Below, piece after piece: positions 8,539 to 18,025 of a stretch of 64,000 bases of DNA. Position numbers and translations under genes: made by a program. Numbering within the stretch: position 1 is the first letter of the stretch; every line of letters begins with the position of its first letter. Origin of the DNA: Candidatus Bathyarchaeota archaeon (GTDB lineage: Archaea > Thermoproteota > Bathyarchaeia > TCS64); the NCBI GenBank assembly GCA_026014875.1, contig JAOZHO010000033.1:13256-77255 (forward strand). The letters run 5' to 3'. Below the pieces are notes generated by a model, which was not told the DNA's origin, searched no databases, and saw nothing but the letters and a program-made list of their open reading frames with translations.

Positions 8539-10155
8539 TTAGGGTTTGGAGTTATCATAGACCACCTTCCCTTCTACAATGGTCATGTCTACCGGGATGT
8601 CGATGATCTCCTCGGGGGGCACCGTGAGGATGTCCCTCCCCAGGACCACCATGTCCGCGAGCTTCCCCTCCTCGATAGAGCCGAGGCGGTCCTCGTCGAA
8701 CTGCTGATACGCCGCGTTCACAGTGTAGAGCCTCAGGGCCTCCAGTACCGAGACCCTCTGGCTCCTCCCGATGGGCCTCCCCGCCTTGGTGGTCCTGTTC
8801 ACGAGGGCGTGGATCGCCATAAGCGGGGGAAACGGGGCGCAGGGGTGATCGCTGTGAGCGGCGATCTTCACCCCGGCGTCCAGGAAGCTCCTCGCCGCGA
8901 ACATCCTCTCCAGACGCTCCTCCCCGAAGGCCGGGAGGAGCTTGTCCCCGTGGTAGTAGGGGTAGGGCCCGAATATGGTGGGGAGGATGCCCAGGTCCTT
9001 GATCCTCTCCACGAGCTCAGGGGTGATCACGGTGCAGTGGATGTCCCTGTTCCGGGGGTCCTCCCGGGGGTACCGGGCCTGAGCCTCCTCCATGATGTCC
9101 AGGTACAAGGCGATGGCCCTGTCCCCGTTGGCGTGGGCCGATATTCTATACCCCTCGGCGTAGGCTTCCATGATGGTCTCCGTCGCGATCTCCCGGGTGG
9201 TGGCCATCACCCCGTAGAACCCGGGCTTGTTGAGGTACTCCTCTGTGACCGCCGCAGTCCTCGCCGAGATGGCCCCGTCGAAGAAGAACTTGAGGCCGCA
9301 GATCCTGGCCCAGTCGTCCCCGAGTCCCCTGTAGATCCCTGTGGCCTCCAACTCCTTGTAGTGGTCGACGCTCACGTCCATCCTCACCCTGATGGGGAGC
9401 ACCCCCCGGTTCTTGAGGTCCAGAACCGCCCTGATCTCGGACCTCCTAACGGTGTCGTAGACGCAGGTGAGCCCCAGGGAGGCGCACTCCTCCAGAATCC
9501 TCTTCGCCCCGCTCGATGACTGCTCCCGGGTCGGCTCCACGGGCCCCCCGGGGCGCACCACCTGGATTGCCGTCTCGTGGAGCCCCCCCGTTACCTCCCC
9601 CGTCTCGGGGTCTCTGTCAAACCTCCCCCCCACGGGGTCCGGGGTGTCCTTGCTAACCCCCGCCATCTCGAACGCGAGGCTGTTAGCGATGGAGAAGTGC
9701 CCCCCCACGGTGGAGATGATCGCTGGATGATCCTCGGTGGCCCCGTCGAGATCCCATCGGGTGGGGTGGCGTTTCTCCGCGAGCTTGGAGTCGTCCTCTT
9801 GATAGCCCGTGACCCATTCCCCCTTTGGGGTCTCCGCGGCCTTCGCCGCGAGGCGGGCCTGGAGATCCGCTATGGATGTGACCCCCGCCTCCTCGCTGAG
9901 GTCCACCAGGATCTCCCGCACCGCCCCCTCGCGGACGATGTGGGCGTGGGAGTCGATGAGCCCCGGGATCACGGTCCTCCCCCCGAGATCCATGACCTCC
10001 GTCTCATCCCCTACGAGAGCCGCGGCCCCCTCGCTGGATCCCACGAAGGCGATCCTTCCGTACTTCACGGCCACCGCCTCAGCGATGGATTCCGCGTCGT
10101 CCATGGTCACGACTTTGCAGTTCAGTAGAACCAGATCCGCCTCGATGCCTGGCAT
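8539..10155 (-). CDS. Amidohydrolase 3 family (YtcJ-like) metal-dependent hydrolase
   Basis: Start MPGIEADLVLLN; PGLIDSHAH, KFFFDG, HANGDRA, GSIEEGKLAD; the upstream extension in the ORF track is a shadow of the next gene. Confidence 0.9.
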   Translation of the reverse strand: MPGIEADLVLLNCKVVTMDDAESIAEAVAVKYGRIAFVGSSEGAAALVGDETEVMDLGGRTVIPGLIDSHAHIVREGAVREILVDLSEEAGVTSIADLQARLAAKAAETPKGEWVTGYQEDDSKLAEKRHPTRWDLDGATEDHPAIISTVGGHFSIANSLAFEMAGVSKDTPDPVGGRFDRDPETGEVTGGLHETAIQVVRPGGPVEPTREQSSSGAKRILEECASLGLTCVYDTVRRSEIRAVLDLKNRGVLPIRVRMDVSVDHYKELEATGIYRGLGDDWARICGLKFFFDGAISARTAAVTEEYLNKPGFYGVMATTREIATETIMEAYAEGYRISAHANGDRAIALYLDIMEEAQARYPREDPRNRDIHCTVITPELVERIKDLGILPTIFGPYPYYHGDKLLPAFGEERLERMFAARSFLDAGVKIAAHSDHPCAPFPPLMAIHALVNRTTKAGRPIGRSQRVSVLEALRLYTVNAAYQQFDEDRLGSIEEGKLADMVVLGRDILTVPPEEIIDIPVDMTIVEGKVVYDNSKP

Positions 10156-10248
10156 AGAATCACCGGCTCTATCTCTGTTTGTTCGGTTGAAAAGACAATC
10201 CCTGGCTCCGTTCACCTTAAAACTGAGGGTCATAATAACATTTTCAAC

Positions 10249-10950
10249 ATGGTCATGCCCGCCAAGACGTTCGAGATCAGGGAGGAGATATCCCTCGCCG
10301 AGATCCATGAGAAGCTCCAGGGCTTCAGGGAGGAGGAGGACTGGGAAGGGGAGGAGGACGTCTCCCTCGTCACCGAGATCCTCGACCTGGAACTGGAGGA
10401 GGCCTCCATCAAAGGAGTCTTCGCGAGGGACTTTGTGAAACCCCGGCACTACAAGCGGAAGGTCTTGGAGACCCCGGTCACCGAGGAGGCCCCCTTCTGG
10501 GTCAGGCCCCACGAGGGGCGCACATTCCTCGTCGTGGTGGCCCCCAGCGTCGCCAGGGGAGTCAAGAAGCTGCTCACCAACCACGTCGCTAACAAGGTCA
10601 GCGAGATCCTCTTCGGGGTCACAGGGGCCATCGTGGAGGTCCGGATCCCCGACGAGACCCTCGTGAACCTCCACGAGTCGAACCCCCGGGCCACACGGCT
10701 CATCTGGTTCGACGACGTGGACATCCCCGGCGTCAACAAGCTCTGCCTCGCAGGGGAGAGCCTCGCCGACACCGGGCTCTACCAGGAATACAAGGAGCAC
10801 GGGAGGATCTGGTACGTGGTCTTCGGAATCCAGAAGCGGGGGATCACCGTGGGAGTCTCCAGGAACTGCGTCGTCACCCTGTTCAGCAAGGCCAGTCTCG
10901 ACGAGTTCATCGGCTACGTCTCCGAGGACTTTTTCTCCCTCATCGAGTGA
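10249..10950 (+). CDS. Hypothetical protein
   Basis: Host-like codon usage, divergent from the amidohydrolase, natural amino-acid composition. Confidence 0.7.
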   Translation: MVMPAKTFEIREEISLAEIHEKLQGFREEEDWEGEEDVSLVTEILDLELEEASIKGVFARDFVKPRHYKRKVLETPVTEEAPFWVRPHEGRTFLVVVAPSVARGVKKLLTNHVANKVSEILFGVTGAIVEVRIPDETLVNLHESNPRATRLIWFDDVDIPGVNKLCLAGESLADTGLYQEYKEHGRIWYVVFGIQKRGITVGVSRNCVVTLFSKASLDEFIGYVSEDFFSLIE

Positions 10951-10958
10951 CGGGCCCC

Positions 10959-11561
10959 TCACCGGGAGACGTACGGGTTCCCCTCGACGTAGAACCTGAG
11001 ATCCCGGTCCAGGTCCCTGGTGACCCCGATCCTACGCGAGGTCCCGATCACCGGATCCGAGGCGGCATCCAATATGCGGATCTCGCTCCCAGGGCTCAGA
11101 ACCGAGGCCCCGTGGGAGCCCTTATCGATCCTTAGGGCGAGTGTTAGCTTCCCGGGGCCGCTCGTGAGAGCCCTCGGATCCTTCACGGGCCTGTTGCTCA
11201 GCATGGACTCAATCCCCCGGGTGGGCTCAATCGCCCTGATGAGCACCGCACCAATTTCACCGGGCTCGTGGGCCACGACGTTGAGCATCCAGTACCTGTG
11301 CACGTTGTAGATGAAGACCCGTCCGGGCTCCCCCCACATGAGGAGGTTGTAGTTCTTCCTCCCGTGGAAAGCCCTCGAGGCGGGGTCCTCGGCCCCGTAG
11401 TATGCCTCGGTCTCCACGATCGTCCCCTCCAGTGTCTCGCCGTTCAGGACGCGGACGAGGCGCTTCCCCAGGAGATCCCGCGCCACGACCGCTGGATCCC
11501 TCGAATAGAACGACGGGGGAAGGATTTTTTCTGGGTCGGGCACCTTCTCGGTCTCCTCCAA
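10959..11561 (-). CDS. mpg: 3-methyladenine DNA glycosylase (AAG/MPG family)
   Basis: ARDLLGK, IVETEAY, AVLIRAIEP, SGPGKL, RIGV motifs. Confidence 0.95.
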   Translation of the reverse strand: MEETEKVPDPEKILPPSFYSRDPAVVARDLLGKRLVRVLNGETLEGTIVETEAYYGAEDPASRAFHGRKNYNLLMWGEPGRVFIYNVHRYWMLNVVAHEPGEIGAVLIRAIEPTRGIESMLSNRPVKDPRALTSGPGKLTLALRIDKGSHGASVLSPGSEIRILDAASDPVIGTSRRIGVTRDLDRDLRFYVEGNPYVSR

Positions 11562-11574
11562 CGCGGATTATAGT

Positions 11575-11835
11575 TCACTCGTCCATGAAGTCCACGACCC
11601 TCCCCTCCTGGGTCAGATCGTAGACGACCTCGCCGTCCCTGTCTTGCTTCTCGACGCAGAACCCGTGCTCCAGGAAGCTCAGGTGCCAGGTGAGGGCTTT
11701 GTCCTCCATCCCGGTCCGCTCAGCCAGGGCCTCGACGGTGGCCTTCCCGCCTTTGAGGGCCCGGAGGATCTCCCGCCTCACCGGGCTGTTTATCGCCCTG
11801 AGGTACCTGACGTGGTACTCCTTGGTCTCTTCCAT
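11575..11835 (-). CDS. Winged-helix (ArsR-like) protein
   Basis: AINSPVRREILRAL...LTWHLSFLEHG...YDLTQEG; the start could be 11877. Confidence 0.75.
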   Translation of the reverse strand: MEETKEYHVRYLRAINSPVRREILRALKGGKATVEALAERTGMEDKALTWHLSFLEHGFCVEKQDRDGEVVYDLTQEGRVVDFMDE

Positions 11836-12053
11836 CGAGTCCCCGATGGTCTTGGAGTCCTTGTCCGACAATTTCACCGAGAAGGATCTGGTGCAAGGGC
11901 TTTAAACGGTTGTCTTGGAAGACCGAGAACAGGGGATAAGCGCCTACTCTGAATGCACAGAAAGACTTTAAGCCTCGACCCGTTTTTCTGAGATGAGACC
12001 CAAGGTATAACTTGGGCATATAATCATCAAGCGTTGACATTGAAGGAATCGCA

Positions 12054-12908
12054 ATGAGCGAAGAGGATAAGATCACAGAGGAAGAGGAGCAGGAGGAGGC
12101 CCCCGTGGAGGAGCCAGCGGAGGCTCCCGAGGAGCAGCCCGAGGAAGAGGAGAAACCCAAGAAAAAGAAGGCCGCCAAAAAGAAAAAGGCTACAAAAAAG
12201 AAGGCTAAGAAGAAGGAGCCTGTCATAGAGGAGGGCGACTTCATCTTGGTCGAGATGACCGGGAGGACCCTAGAAACCGACGAGGTCTTCGACACCACCG
12301 ACGAGGAGCTCGCCAAGACGGAGGGCATCCACGAGGAGGAAAAGACCTACGGCCCCAAGCTTGTCGTCGTCGGCGAGGGCTGGGTCCTCAAAGGCCTCGA
12401 CGACCGCCTCGCAGGCCTCAAGCTCGAGGAGACCGCCGAAGTGGAGATTCCCGCCGAGGAGGCCTTCGGGGAGAGAAACCCCGAGAACGTGAGGACCGTG
12501 CCCTTCAGGGTTCTCAGATCGAAGGGAGTCAACCCCGTCATAGGGCAGCAGATAGAGCTCGACGGGAGGAACGCCGTGGTGCGGAGCATCGGCGCGGGCC
12601 GGGTCCAACTAGATTACAACCACCCCCTCGCGGGGAGGAGGATCGTCTACCACGTCAAGCCCACCGTGAAGCATGAGAATGACGAGGACAAGATCAGGGC
12701 TCTCATAGGGCGCAGGTTCCTGGGCATCGACCTAGACCTCTTCAAGCTCAAGAAGCTCAAGACCAAGGTCAAGATAGAGATCCCCGAGGAGATCTTCTTC
12801 GGGGATAACATCCAGATCGCGAAGAGGGGCGTCGCCCTCGACATCCAACGCTACTACGAGGACGTCGTCGAGGTCGAGTACACCGAGGTCATAAAGCGGG
12901 CCTCCTAG
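12054..12908 (+). CDS. slyD: Archaeal long-type FKBP peptidyl-prolyl isomerase
   Basis: EVFDTT, IPAEEAFGER, DYNHPLAG; acidic/Lys-rich N-terminal tail. Confidence 0.92.
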   Translation: MSEEDKITEEEEQEEAPVEEPAEAPEEQPEEEEKPKKKKAAKKKKATKKKAKKKEPVIEEGDFILVEMTGRTLETDEVFDTTDEELAKTEGIHEEEKTYGPKLVVVGEGWVLKGLDDRLAGLKLEETAEVEIPAEEAFGERNPENVRTVPFRVLRSKGVNPVIGQQIELDGRNAVVRSIGAGRVQLDYNHPLAGRRIVYHVKPTVKHENDEDKIRALIGRRFLGIDLDLFKLKKLKTKVKIEIPEEIFFGDNIQIAKRGVALDIQRYYEDVVEVEYTEVIKRAS

Positions 12909-12917
12909 GGGAGCCCC

Positions 12918-14120
12918 TTGAGGACCGAGGTCGCCGTCGTCGGCGGGGGGCCCGCGGGGCTCATCGCGGCGCGGGAGCTCGCAGTTCGAGGTATCCAAGT
13001 CAAGGTCTTCGAGGAGCACCCCGAGATAGGCACCCCCAACCACTGCGCGGGGATTCTCAGCGTCGAGGGACTCAAGCGCATCGGGGTGGAGTCTGACCTC
13101 AAATTTCTTAGACACGAGATCAGGGGAGGCACAGCCTTCGCCCCGGATGGCACCGGGATCAGGATAACAGGCAGCAGGACCCGGGCCTACATCGTGGACA
13201 GGGCCATATTCGACAGGCACCTCGCAGATGCGGCTAGGGACGCGGGCGCCGAGATCGAGAGGAACCACCGAATCCGGGATTTTATCTTTGAGGATGGCAG
13301 GGTCGCCGGGGTCCGGGGAGACAGGGACGTTGAAGCGAGCATTGTAATCGATGCCGAGGGAGTCTCCGGGGCTCTCGCCAGGAAGGCGGGGTTCCCGAGA
13401 CCCGGAGGCGGCGTCCTGGCGGGCATCAACGCCAATGTCCCAGGCGCCCAACTGGAGCCGGGTATGGTGGAGGTCTGGTTCGAAGAGGGCTTGGCGGATG
13501 GGTTGTTCGCCTGGGCGGTGCCCGTTGGGGAGGACGAGGTGCGCTGCGGTCTCGCCACGGGTAAGGGGGACGCATTGGAGCTACTGAGGGGATTCATCAA
13601 GAACCGTTTCGGGCTCACGGAGTGCGGGGAGCCCGCGAGGTGGCCCGTGCTCACGGGAGGCCCCATTGATAAAACTCACGGGGATGGACTGCTCTTGGTG
13701 GGAGATGTTGCGGGGCACACGAAGCCCACCACGGGGGGTGGGGTCATCTTGGGGGGCATGTGCGCGATGATGGCCGCCGAGACTGCGATCCAGGCCCTCG
13801 AGGAAGGGGACTACTCGGCGGGTTTCCTGAGGCGATACGATGAGAGGTGGAGGGAAACCCTGGGCGGGGAGTTCTCCTCCATGCTCGGGATGCGGAGGTT
13901 CCTGAACTCCATCCCGGACCCCCGGATGAACCGGATCTTCGCCTCCGTCAAGTCCGCGGGGCTCGAGCCGACCCTGGAGACGTTCATCGATGAGGGGGAC
14001 ATGGACCTCCAGAGCGGGGTCCTCAGGAAGGCCCTCACCCACCCCGGGATGCTCCGGGTCATGGCGAGCAGCCTGGGCCGCCTCGCCCTAGGGGAGCTCA
14101 ACAGCCTGTTTAACCTTTAA
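12918..14120 (+). CDS. Geranylgeranyl reductase family FAD oxidoreductase
   Basis: VVGGGPAG, PNHCAG, DRAIFD, VGDVAGHTKPTTGGG. Confidence 0.9.
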   Translation: MRTEVAVVGGGPAGLIAARELAVRGIQVKVFEEHPEIGTPNHCAGILSVEGLKRIGVESDLKFLRHEIRGGTAFAPDGTGIRITGSRTRAYIVDRAIFDRHLADAARDAGAEIERNHRIRDFIFEDGRVAGVRGDRDVEASIVIDAEGVSGALARKAGFPRPGGGVLAGINANVPGAQLEPGMVEVWFEEGLADGLFAWAVPVGEDEVRCGLATGKGDALELLRGFIKNRFGLTECGEPARWPVLTGGPIDKTHGDGLLLVGDVAGHTKPTTGGGVILGGMCAMMAAETAIQALEEGDYSAGFLRRYDERWRETLGGEFSSMLGMRRFLNSIPDPRMNRIFASVKSAGLEPTLETFIDEGDMDLQSGVLRKALTHPGMLRVMASSLGRLALGELNSLFNL

Positions 14121-14156
14121 ATAATCGGCTGTAGGCTTGATAGTAAGCTGAGCAAA

Positions 14157-14318
14157 ATGCCGTCCTGTATCTCCTGCAGCAAGAGGATAGCCCCCGGTGA
14201 GAAGACAGTCAAATTCCCATGCCCCAGTTGTGGCACCGTCACCATCTGGCGATGCGAGAGATGCCGCCTCTTCGGAAGGACATACACCTGCCCCGGGTGC
14301 GGGTTCAAAGGCCCCTAG
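14157..14318 (+). CDS. 53-aa Zn-ribbon protein (DUF1610/HVO_2753-like), absent from the ORF track
   Basis: Manual translation MPSCISCSKRIAPGEKTVKFPCPSCGTVTIWRCERCRLFGRTYTCPGCGFKGP* with four CxxC; TTTAAATA TATA-like sequence upstream. Confidence 0.9.
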   Translation: MPSCISCSKRIAPGEKTVKFPCPSCGTVTIWRCERCRLFGRTYTCPGCGFKGP

Positions 14319-14536
14319 ACCCCGATTTTTCGCCGCGCATAACTCACTTGAACCGATCATCCCGAGATGATCCGGGGTTTTGGCGCTACGTCGCGTAAAT
14401 CGTCAAGCATCCCAGAGAACATGGATCATTGATGGAGGATTGATCAAAATGGGGCGCCGAGAAGCGTACTCTTGACCCGTCTTACCAGTACTTCCGAGTC
14501 GCCCCAAAACATATTTCACTGCCGGACAAGCCATTA

Positions 14537-15142
14537 ATGAAGATGACTGCCAGGGGCCTCCCCGAGCCGGTGCGGGCGACCCTGTTCTACGCCCTCCTAT
14601 TCGTCACCATAACCTGGGGGTTCGAGCTCGTCCCCAGCGCATGGCTCGAGAGGCTGACCGCCGAGACCATGAGCGGGCTCCTCAACGCCTTGGGGCTCTC
14701 CTCGAGCCACGGGGTCGAGAACGGGCTCGCGTACCTGAGCCTCGTGGGGGGCGTCCGGGATGTCTACGTCACCATCATCAGGGGGTGCACCGCGATTCAT
14801 GTCTGGGGCATCCTTGCAGCATTGATCCTGCCCCTTAGCCGGGGGAGCTGGACTAGGAAGGCTGCAGGCCTCGCTTTCGGGGGGATCCTCGTATTCCTCA
14901 TGAACGTCTCCCGGATCTTCCTCACTGTCTATCTGACGGCTTTCGACGTGCCTCCTTTCACGTGGTTCTTCACGAATCCCACGGTGGAGACCTACCACTA
15001 TCCGTTAAGCTTCATCTATGGGGTCATCGGCGTCGCTATCCTCATCGTCTCCATCAGCAAATGGTTCCTGCCCGAGCTCGCTGACACCCTGATCGCCCTA
15101 CCCGACGGATTCAAGCCCCTGTTCGCCAGGGGAGAAGGCTAG
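14537..15142 (+). CDS. Exosortase/archaeosortase family membrane transpeptidase
   Basis: Multi-TM protein with the putative triad Cys (IIRGCTA), Arg (NVSRI) and His (YHY). Confidence 0.8.
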   Translation: MKMTARGLPEPVRATLFYALLFVTITWGFELVPSAWLERLTAETMSGLLNALGLSSSHGVENGLAYLSLVGGVRDVYVTIIRGCTAIHVWGILAALILPLSRGSWTRKAAGLAFGGILVFLMNVSRIFLTVYLTAFDVPPFTWFFTNPTVETYHYPLSFIYGVIGVAILIVSISKWFLPELADTLIALPDGFKPLFARGEG

Positions 15143-15147
15143 CGGCC

Positions 15148-15519
15148 CTATTTGATGAGGGGAAGGGCGCCCGTCACCTTGTCGAGGAGGTCGGACCTGT
15201 CCGGGCCCAACCCCAGGGCGGTGACCGTGCCTGCGGGCACCTCGGTGTGACCCGCATCCTGGATGATTATGTTGACGATGTCGAGGTCGTCGGCCTTCTC
15301 CTGGAGCTCCTCGAGTTCCTCCAGAGACTCTGCTTCCAGGGCCACCTTCTTGGCCCCCTCGTCCCTCCATTTGCGCCAGGCCTTGTGGCTTTCCTTCTTC
15401 CCGAGCTCCGAGGCCCCGACTGCGGCGTGGGCGGCCTGGGCGATAAGCTTCCCGGTGCTCATCCCGAGGTCCATCCGGAGGATGATGCACATCTTGTAAT
15501 CGAAGGGGCTCCTGCCCAC
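15148..15519 (-). CDS. pth2: Peptidyl-tRNA hydrolase Pth2
   Basis: RMDLGMSTGKLIAQAAHA, DAGHTEV...GLGP. Confidence 0.95.
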   Translation of the reverse strand: MGRSPFDYKMCIILRMDLGMSTGKLIAQAAHAAVGASELGKKESHKAWRKWRDEGAKKVALEAESLEELEELQEKADDLDIVNIIIQDAGHTEVPAGTVTALGLGPDRSDLLDKVTGALPLIK

Positions 15520-16806
15520 CTAGGGCACCAGCCGGTCCCTGTCCCGTGGGAACATGCAGCACTCCCTTATGTTCCTCATCCCCGTCACCGTCATGGTGAG
15601 CCTCTCCAGCCCGATGCTCCACCCCGCGTGGGGCGGGGCCCCGTAGCTGAAGCTCTCGATGTAGTGGGTGAAGTTGTCCGGGTTGAGCCCCTTCTTCCTG
15701 ATCTGCTGCTTGAGGAGCTCCGGGATGTGAACCCTCATAGTACCACTGCTGATCTCGACCCCGCTGTACAGCAGGTCGAAGGCGTGGACCACATCGGGGT
15801 TCTCCGGGTAGGGCATCGCGTAGAAGGCCTTCTGGACGCTGGGCCAGTCCTTCATGAAGAACGCCTCGTCCCCCACCAGCTCCGTGAGCTTCCTCTCCTG
15901 GGGCTTCGAGAAGTCGTCCCCCCATGCCATCTCCTCCCCGGCGCCCTGGAGCATCTCCACCGCCTCCGTATAGGTGATCCTCCTCAGGGGAAGCTCGGGG
16001 ACTGTGATCTCCCGTTCCAAGAGCTTCAGCTCCTCGGGGCACTTCTCCTTCACCTCTGTGAGCATGTAGGCAAGGATCTCCTCCAGAACCTTCATCACGG
16101 TCTCGTCGTCGGCGAAGGCCTGCTCGATGTCCATCTGCCGCACCTCGTTGAGGTGGGTGGGAGTGTTGAACTTCTCCGCCCTCCAGATGGGGGTTACGCA
16201 GAAGACCTTCTCGAAGCTGATGGCGCACATCTGCTTGTAGAGCTGGGGGCTCTGCGCGAGGAACGCCTCCTTCTCGAAGTAGGGGAGCCTGAAGAGGTCG
16301 GCGCCCCCCTCGGATGCCGAGGCGATGACGCAGGGGGGCTGGAACTCGAGGTAGCCCCGGTCCGAGAGGAAACGGCGAAACGACGTCAGGAGCGTGTTCT
16401 GAACCCTGAATATCGCGTTGGTCCGGGGCCTCCTGAAATCCATGAAACGGTAGTTGAGCCTCGTATCGATCTCGGCCTTCACAGGGCCGAAGAGGTCGAA
16501 GGGGAGGGGCTGCTGCGCCCTGTTCATGACCTCGATGGAGTCGGGGATGAACTCGACACCGGCCTTAGCGACCTTGCTCTCCACCACCTTCCCGGTGACC
16601 TTGAGGACATCCTCCCGGCCCAAGTCGAGGTCGGCGAAATCGTTGGACCCATCCTTCTTCACCGTGACCTGGATGTCCCCCGACTTGTCCCGTAGCACTA
16701 TGAACATGATCTTCCTGAGGTCCCGGGCTCTGGTGACCCAGCCGGCGATGGTGACGGTTTCCCCGACCATCCCCTTGGCATCTTCGACATAAACTCGTTC
16801 AAACAA
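15520..16806 (-). CDS. aspS: Archaeal-type aspartyl-tRNA synthetase
   Basis: OB-fold GWV...RDL, QSPQLYKQ, WRAEK, GAPPHAGWSIGLERL, FPRD. Confidence 0.93.
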   Translation of the reverse strand: MFERVYVEDAKGMVGETVTIAGWVTRARDLRKIMFIVLRDKSGDIQVTVKKDGSNDFADLDLGREDVLKVTGKVVESKVAKAGVEFIPDSIEVMNRAQQPLPFDLFGPVKAEIDTRLNYRFMDFRRPRTNAIFRVQNTLLTSFRRFLSDRGYLEFQPPCVIASASEGGADLFRLPYFEKEAFLAQSPQLYKQMCAISFEKVFCVTPIWRAEKFNTPTHLNEVRQMDIEQAFADDETVMKVLEEILAYMLTEVKEKCPEELKLLEREITVPELPLRRITYTEAVEMLQGAGEEMAWGDDFSKPQERKLTELVGDEAFFMKDWPSVQKAFYAMPYPENPDVVHAFDLLYSGVEISSGTMRVHIPELLKQQIRKKGLNPDNFTHYIESFSYGAPPHAGWSIGLERLTMTVTGMRNIRECCMFPRDRDRLVP

Positions 16807-16875
16807 TCTAGGCTACACCTACCCCTGTAGAGCCAATGGGCTAACAATCTCGTGGGTAATAAAAACTTTGGTGGG

Positions 16876-17388
16876 TCAGTAGACGTACTCGACCCTGAGG
16901 TCCATGTTCCGGACCCCCTTCGCGATCTCAGTCAGGGCGGTAATCCTCTTCTGGCTCAGGCGCCGAGCCCCTCGCCCTTGGAGGACGACCCGCGTCTCCG
17001 TGGTCCCATCGGGGAGCCAGATGATGTTGATGGTGACGATGTGCTGCCCCGTGAAGAGGTCCTCTAGGAAACCCCTGTCGTTGACCCCCTCCTCGATTAT
17101 CAGAACCCTGCGGTTGAACTGGTCCCCGATGTCCCTAGGAAGCCTCCCGGGTCCCCCCGTGAACTTTATGCGGTCCCCCCGCCCCACAACGAGGACGAGG
17201 AAGCCCCTCACATCGATCACCCTCTCCAGGCTCGCCTTTTGGAGCGAGGGGTTCCGGTTCTCGACTTTCAGAAGATACTGGGCCACCTTAATGTAGAGAT
17301 CGTTGACTACGCCTGTGCTGACCTTCTCTTGACACTTGTTGCAGAGCATCCCGCTCTTCAAACAGAACTCACATAGTTGGGTTTGCAC
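16876..17388 (-). CDS. Archaeal NusA-like/KH-related protein with N-terminal Cys cluster
   Basis: LCEFCLKSGMLCNKC and IIWLPDGT, typical of the family found beside aspS. Confidence 0.65.
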   Translation of the reverse strand: MQTQLCEFCLKSGMLCNKCQEKVSTGVVNDLYIKVAQYLLKVENRNPSLQKASLERVIDVRGFLVLVVGRGDRIKFTGGPGRLPRDIGDQFNRRVLIIEEGVNDRGFLEDLFTGQHIVTINIIWLPDGTTETRVVLQGRGARRLSQKRITALTEIAKGVRNMDLRVEYVY

Positions 17389-17448
17389 TCAGCTGTTCCT
17401 CCGGCGATCCCCGGAGAAGCCAGATGCGAGACACCCGTTTGACTCTTC

Positions 17449-17724
17449 TCACCGTGTGACCTTGATCTCGATGCTGCTCACGTTAGTAGGCTGATCCCTG
17501 TCGTGGGACGTGAGCCTCTCGGTCCCGATGCTGATGTCCACGATCTTCAGGTCGTTTACGAATCTGTTCTTCGTCACCTCGACCACATCGACCGCTGTGC
17601 TGATTGAGCGCCCCCTCGCCTTGATGAGGACCTCGCTCTCCCCGCTCTTGAGCAGGGTAAGGCACGCCAATACGTAGTTCAGGACCGGCTTCCTGCCGAT
17701 GAAAACGGTGTTCGATCTCGACAT
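17449..17724 (-). CDS. albA: Chromatin protein Alba
   Basis: FIGRKPVLNYV, IKARGRSISTAVDV, NVSSIEI. Confidence 0.95.
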   Translation of the reverse strand: MSRSNTVFIGRKPVLNYVLACLTLLKSGESEVLIKARGRSISTAVDVVEVTKNRFVNDLKIVDISIGTERLTSHDRDQPTNVSSIEIKVTR

Positions 17725-17937
17725 TTGACTTCTCCGAATATCTTTTCGGTTTAGGTGTGCTACATATTGCACGTACCTATTAAAAGTTTGTCGCACTCCC
17801 AATAATTTGGTCAAAAACGATGAAAAACACTTTGTTTTCAGCGACAACAGTGAAAAAACGGTATGAGAACACCCTATTCCGTCCGCTCGATACCAGTCAA
17901 AGATTAATATGTGTGCCTCCATATGCTTGTAGAACCT

Positions 17938-18014
17938 GCCGCCGTGGCTCAGCTCGGTAGAGCGTCTGCCTGTTAAGCAGTTGGTCATCGGTTCAAATCC
18001 GATCGGCGGCGCCA
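17938..18014 (+). tRNA. tRNA-Asn(GTT) with encoded CCA
   Basis: GCCGCCG/CGGCGGC acceptor, CTGC-CT-GTT-AA-GCAG, ATCGG-TTCAAAT-CCGAT. Confidence 0.95.
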
Positions 18015-18025
18015 ACACTCTCCGA

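Noticed and set aside
10156-10962. N-terminal 269-aa extension of the amidohydrolase ORF
   Set aside because: It is the antisense shadow of 10249-10950; family similarity starts at MPGIEADL.
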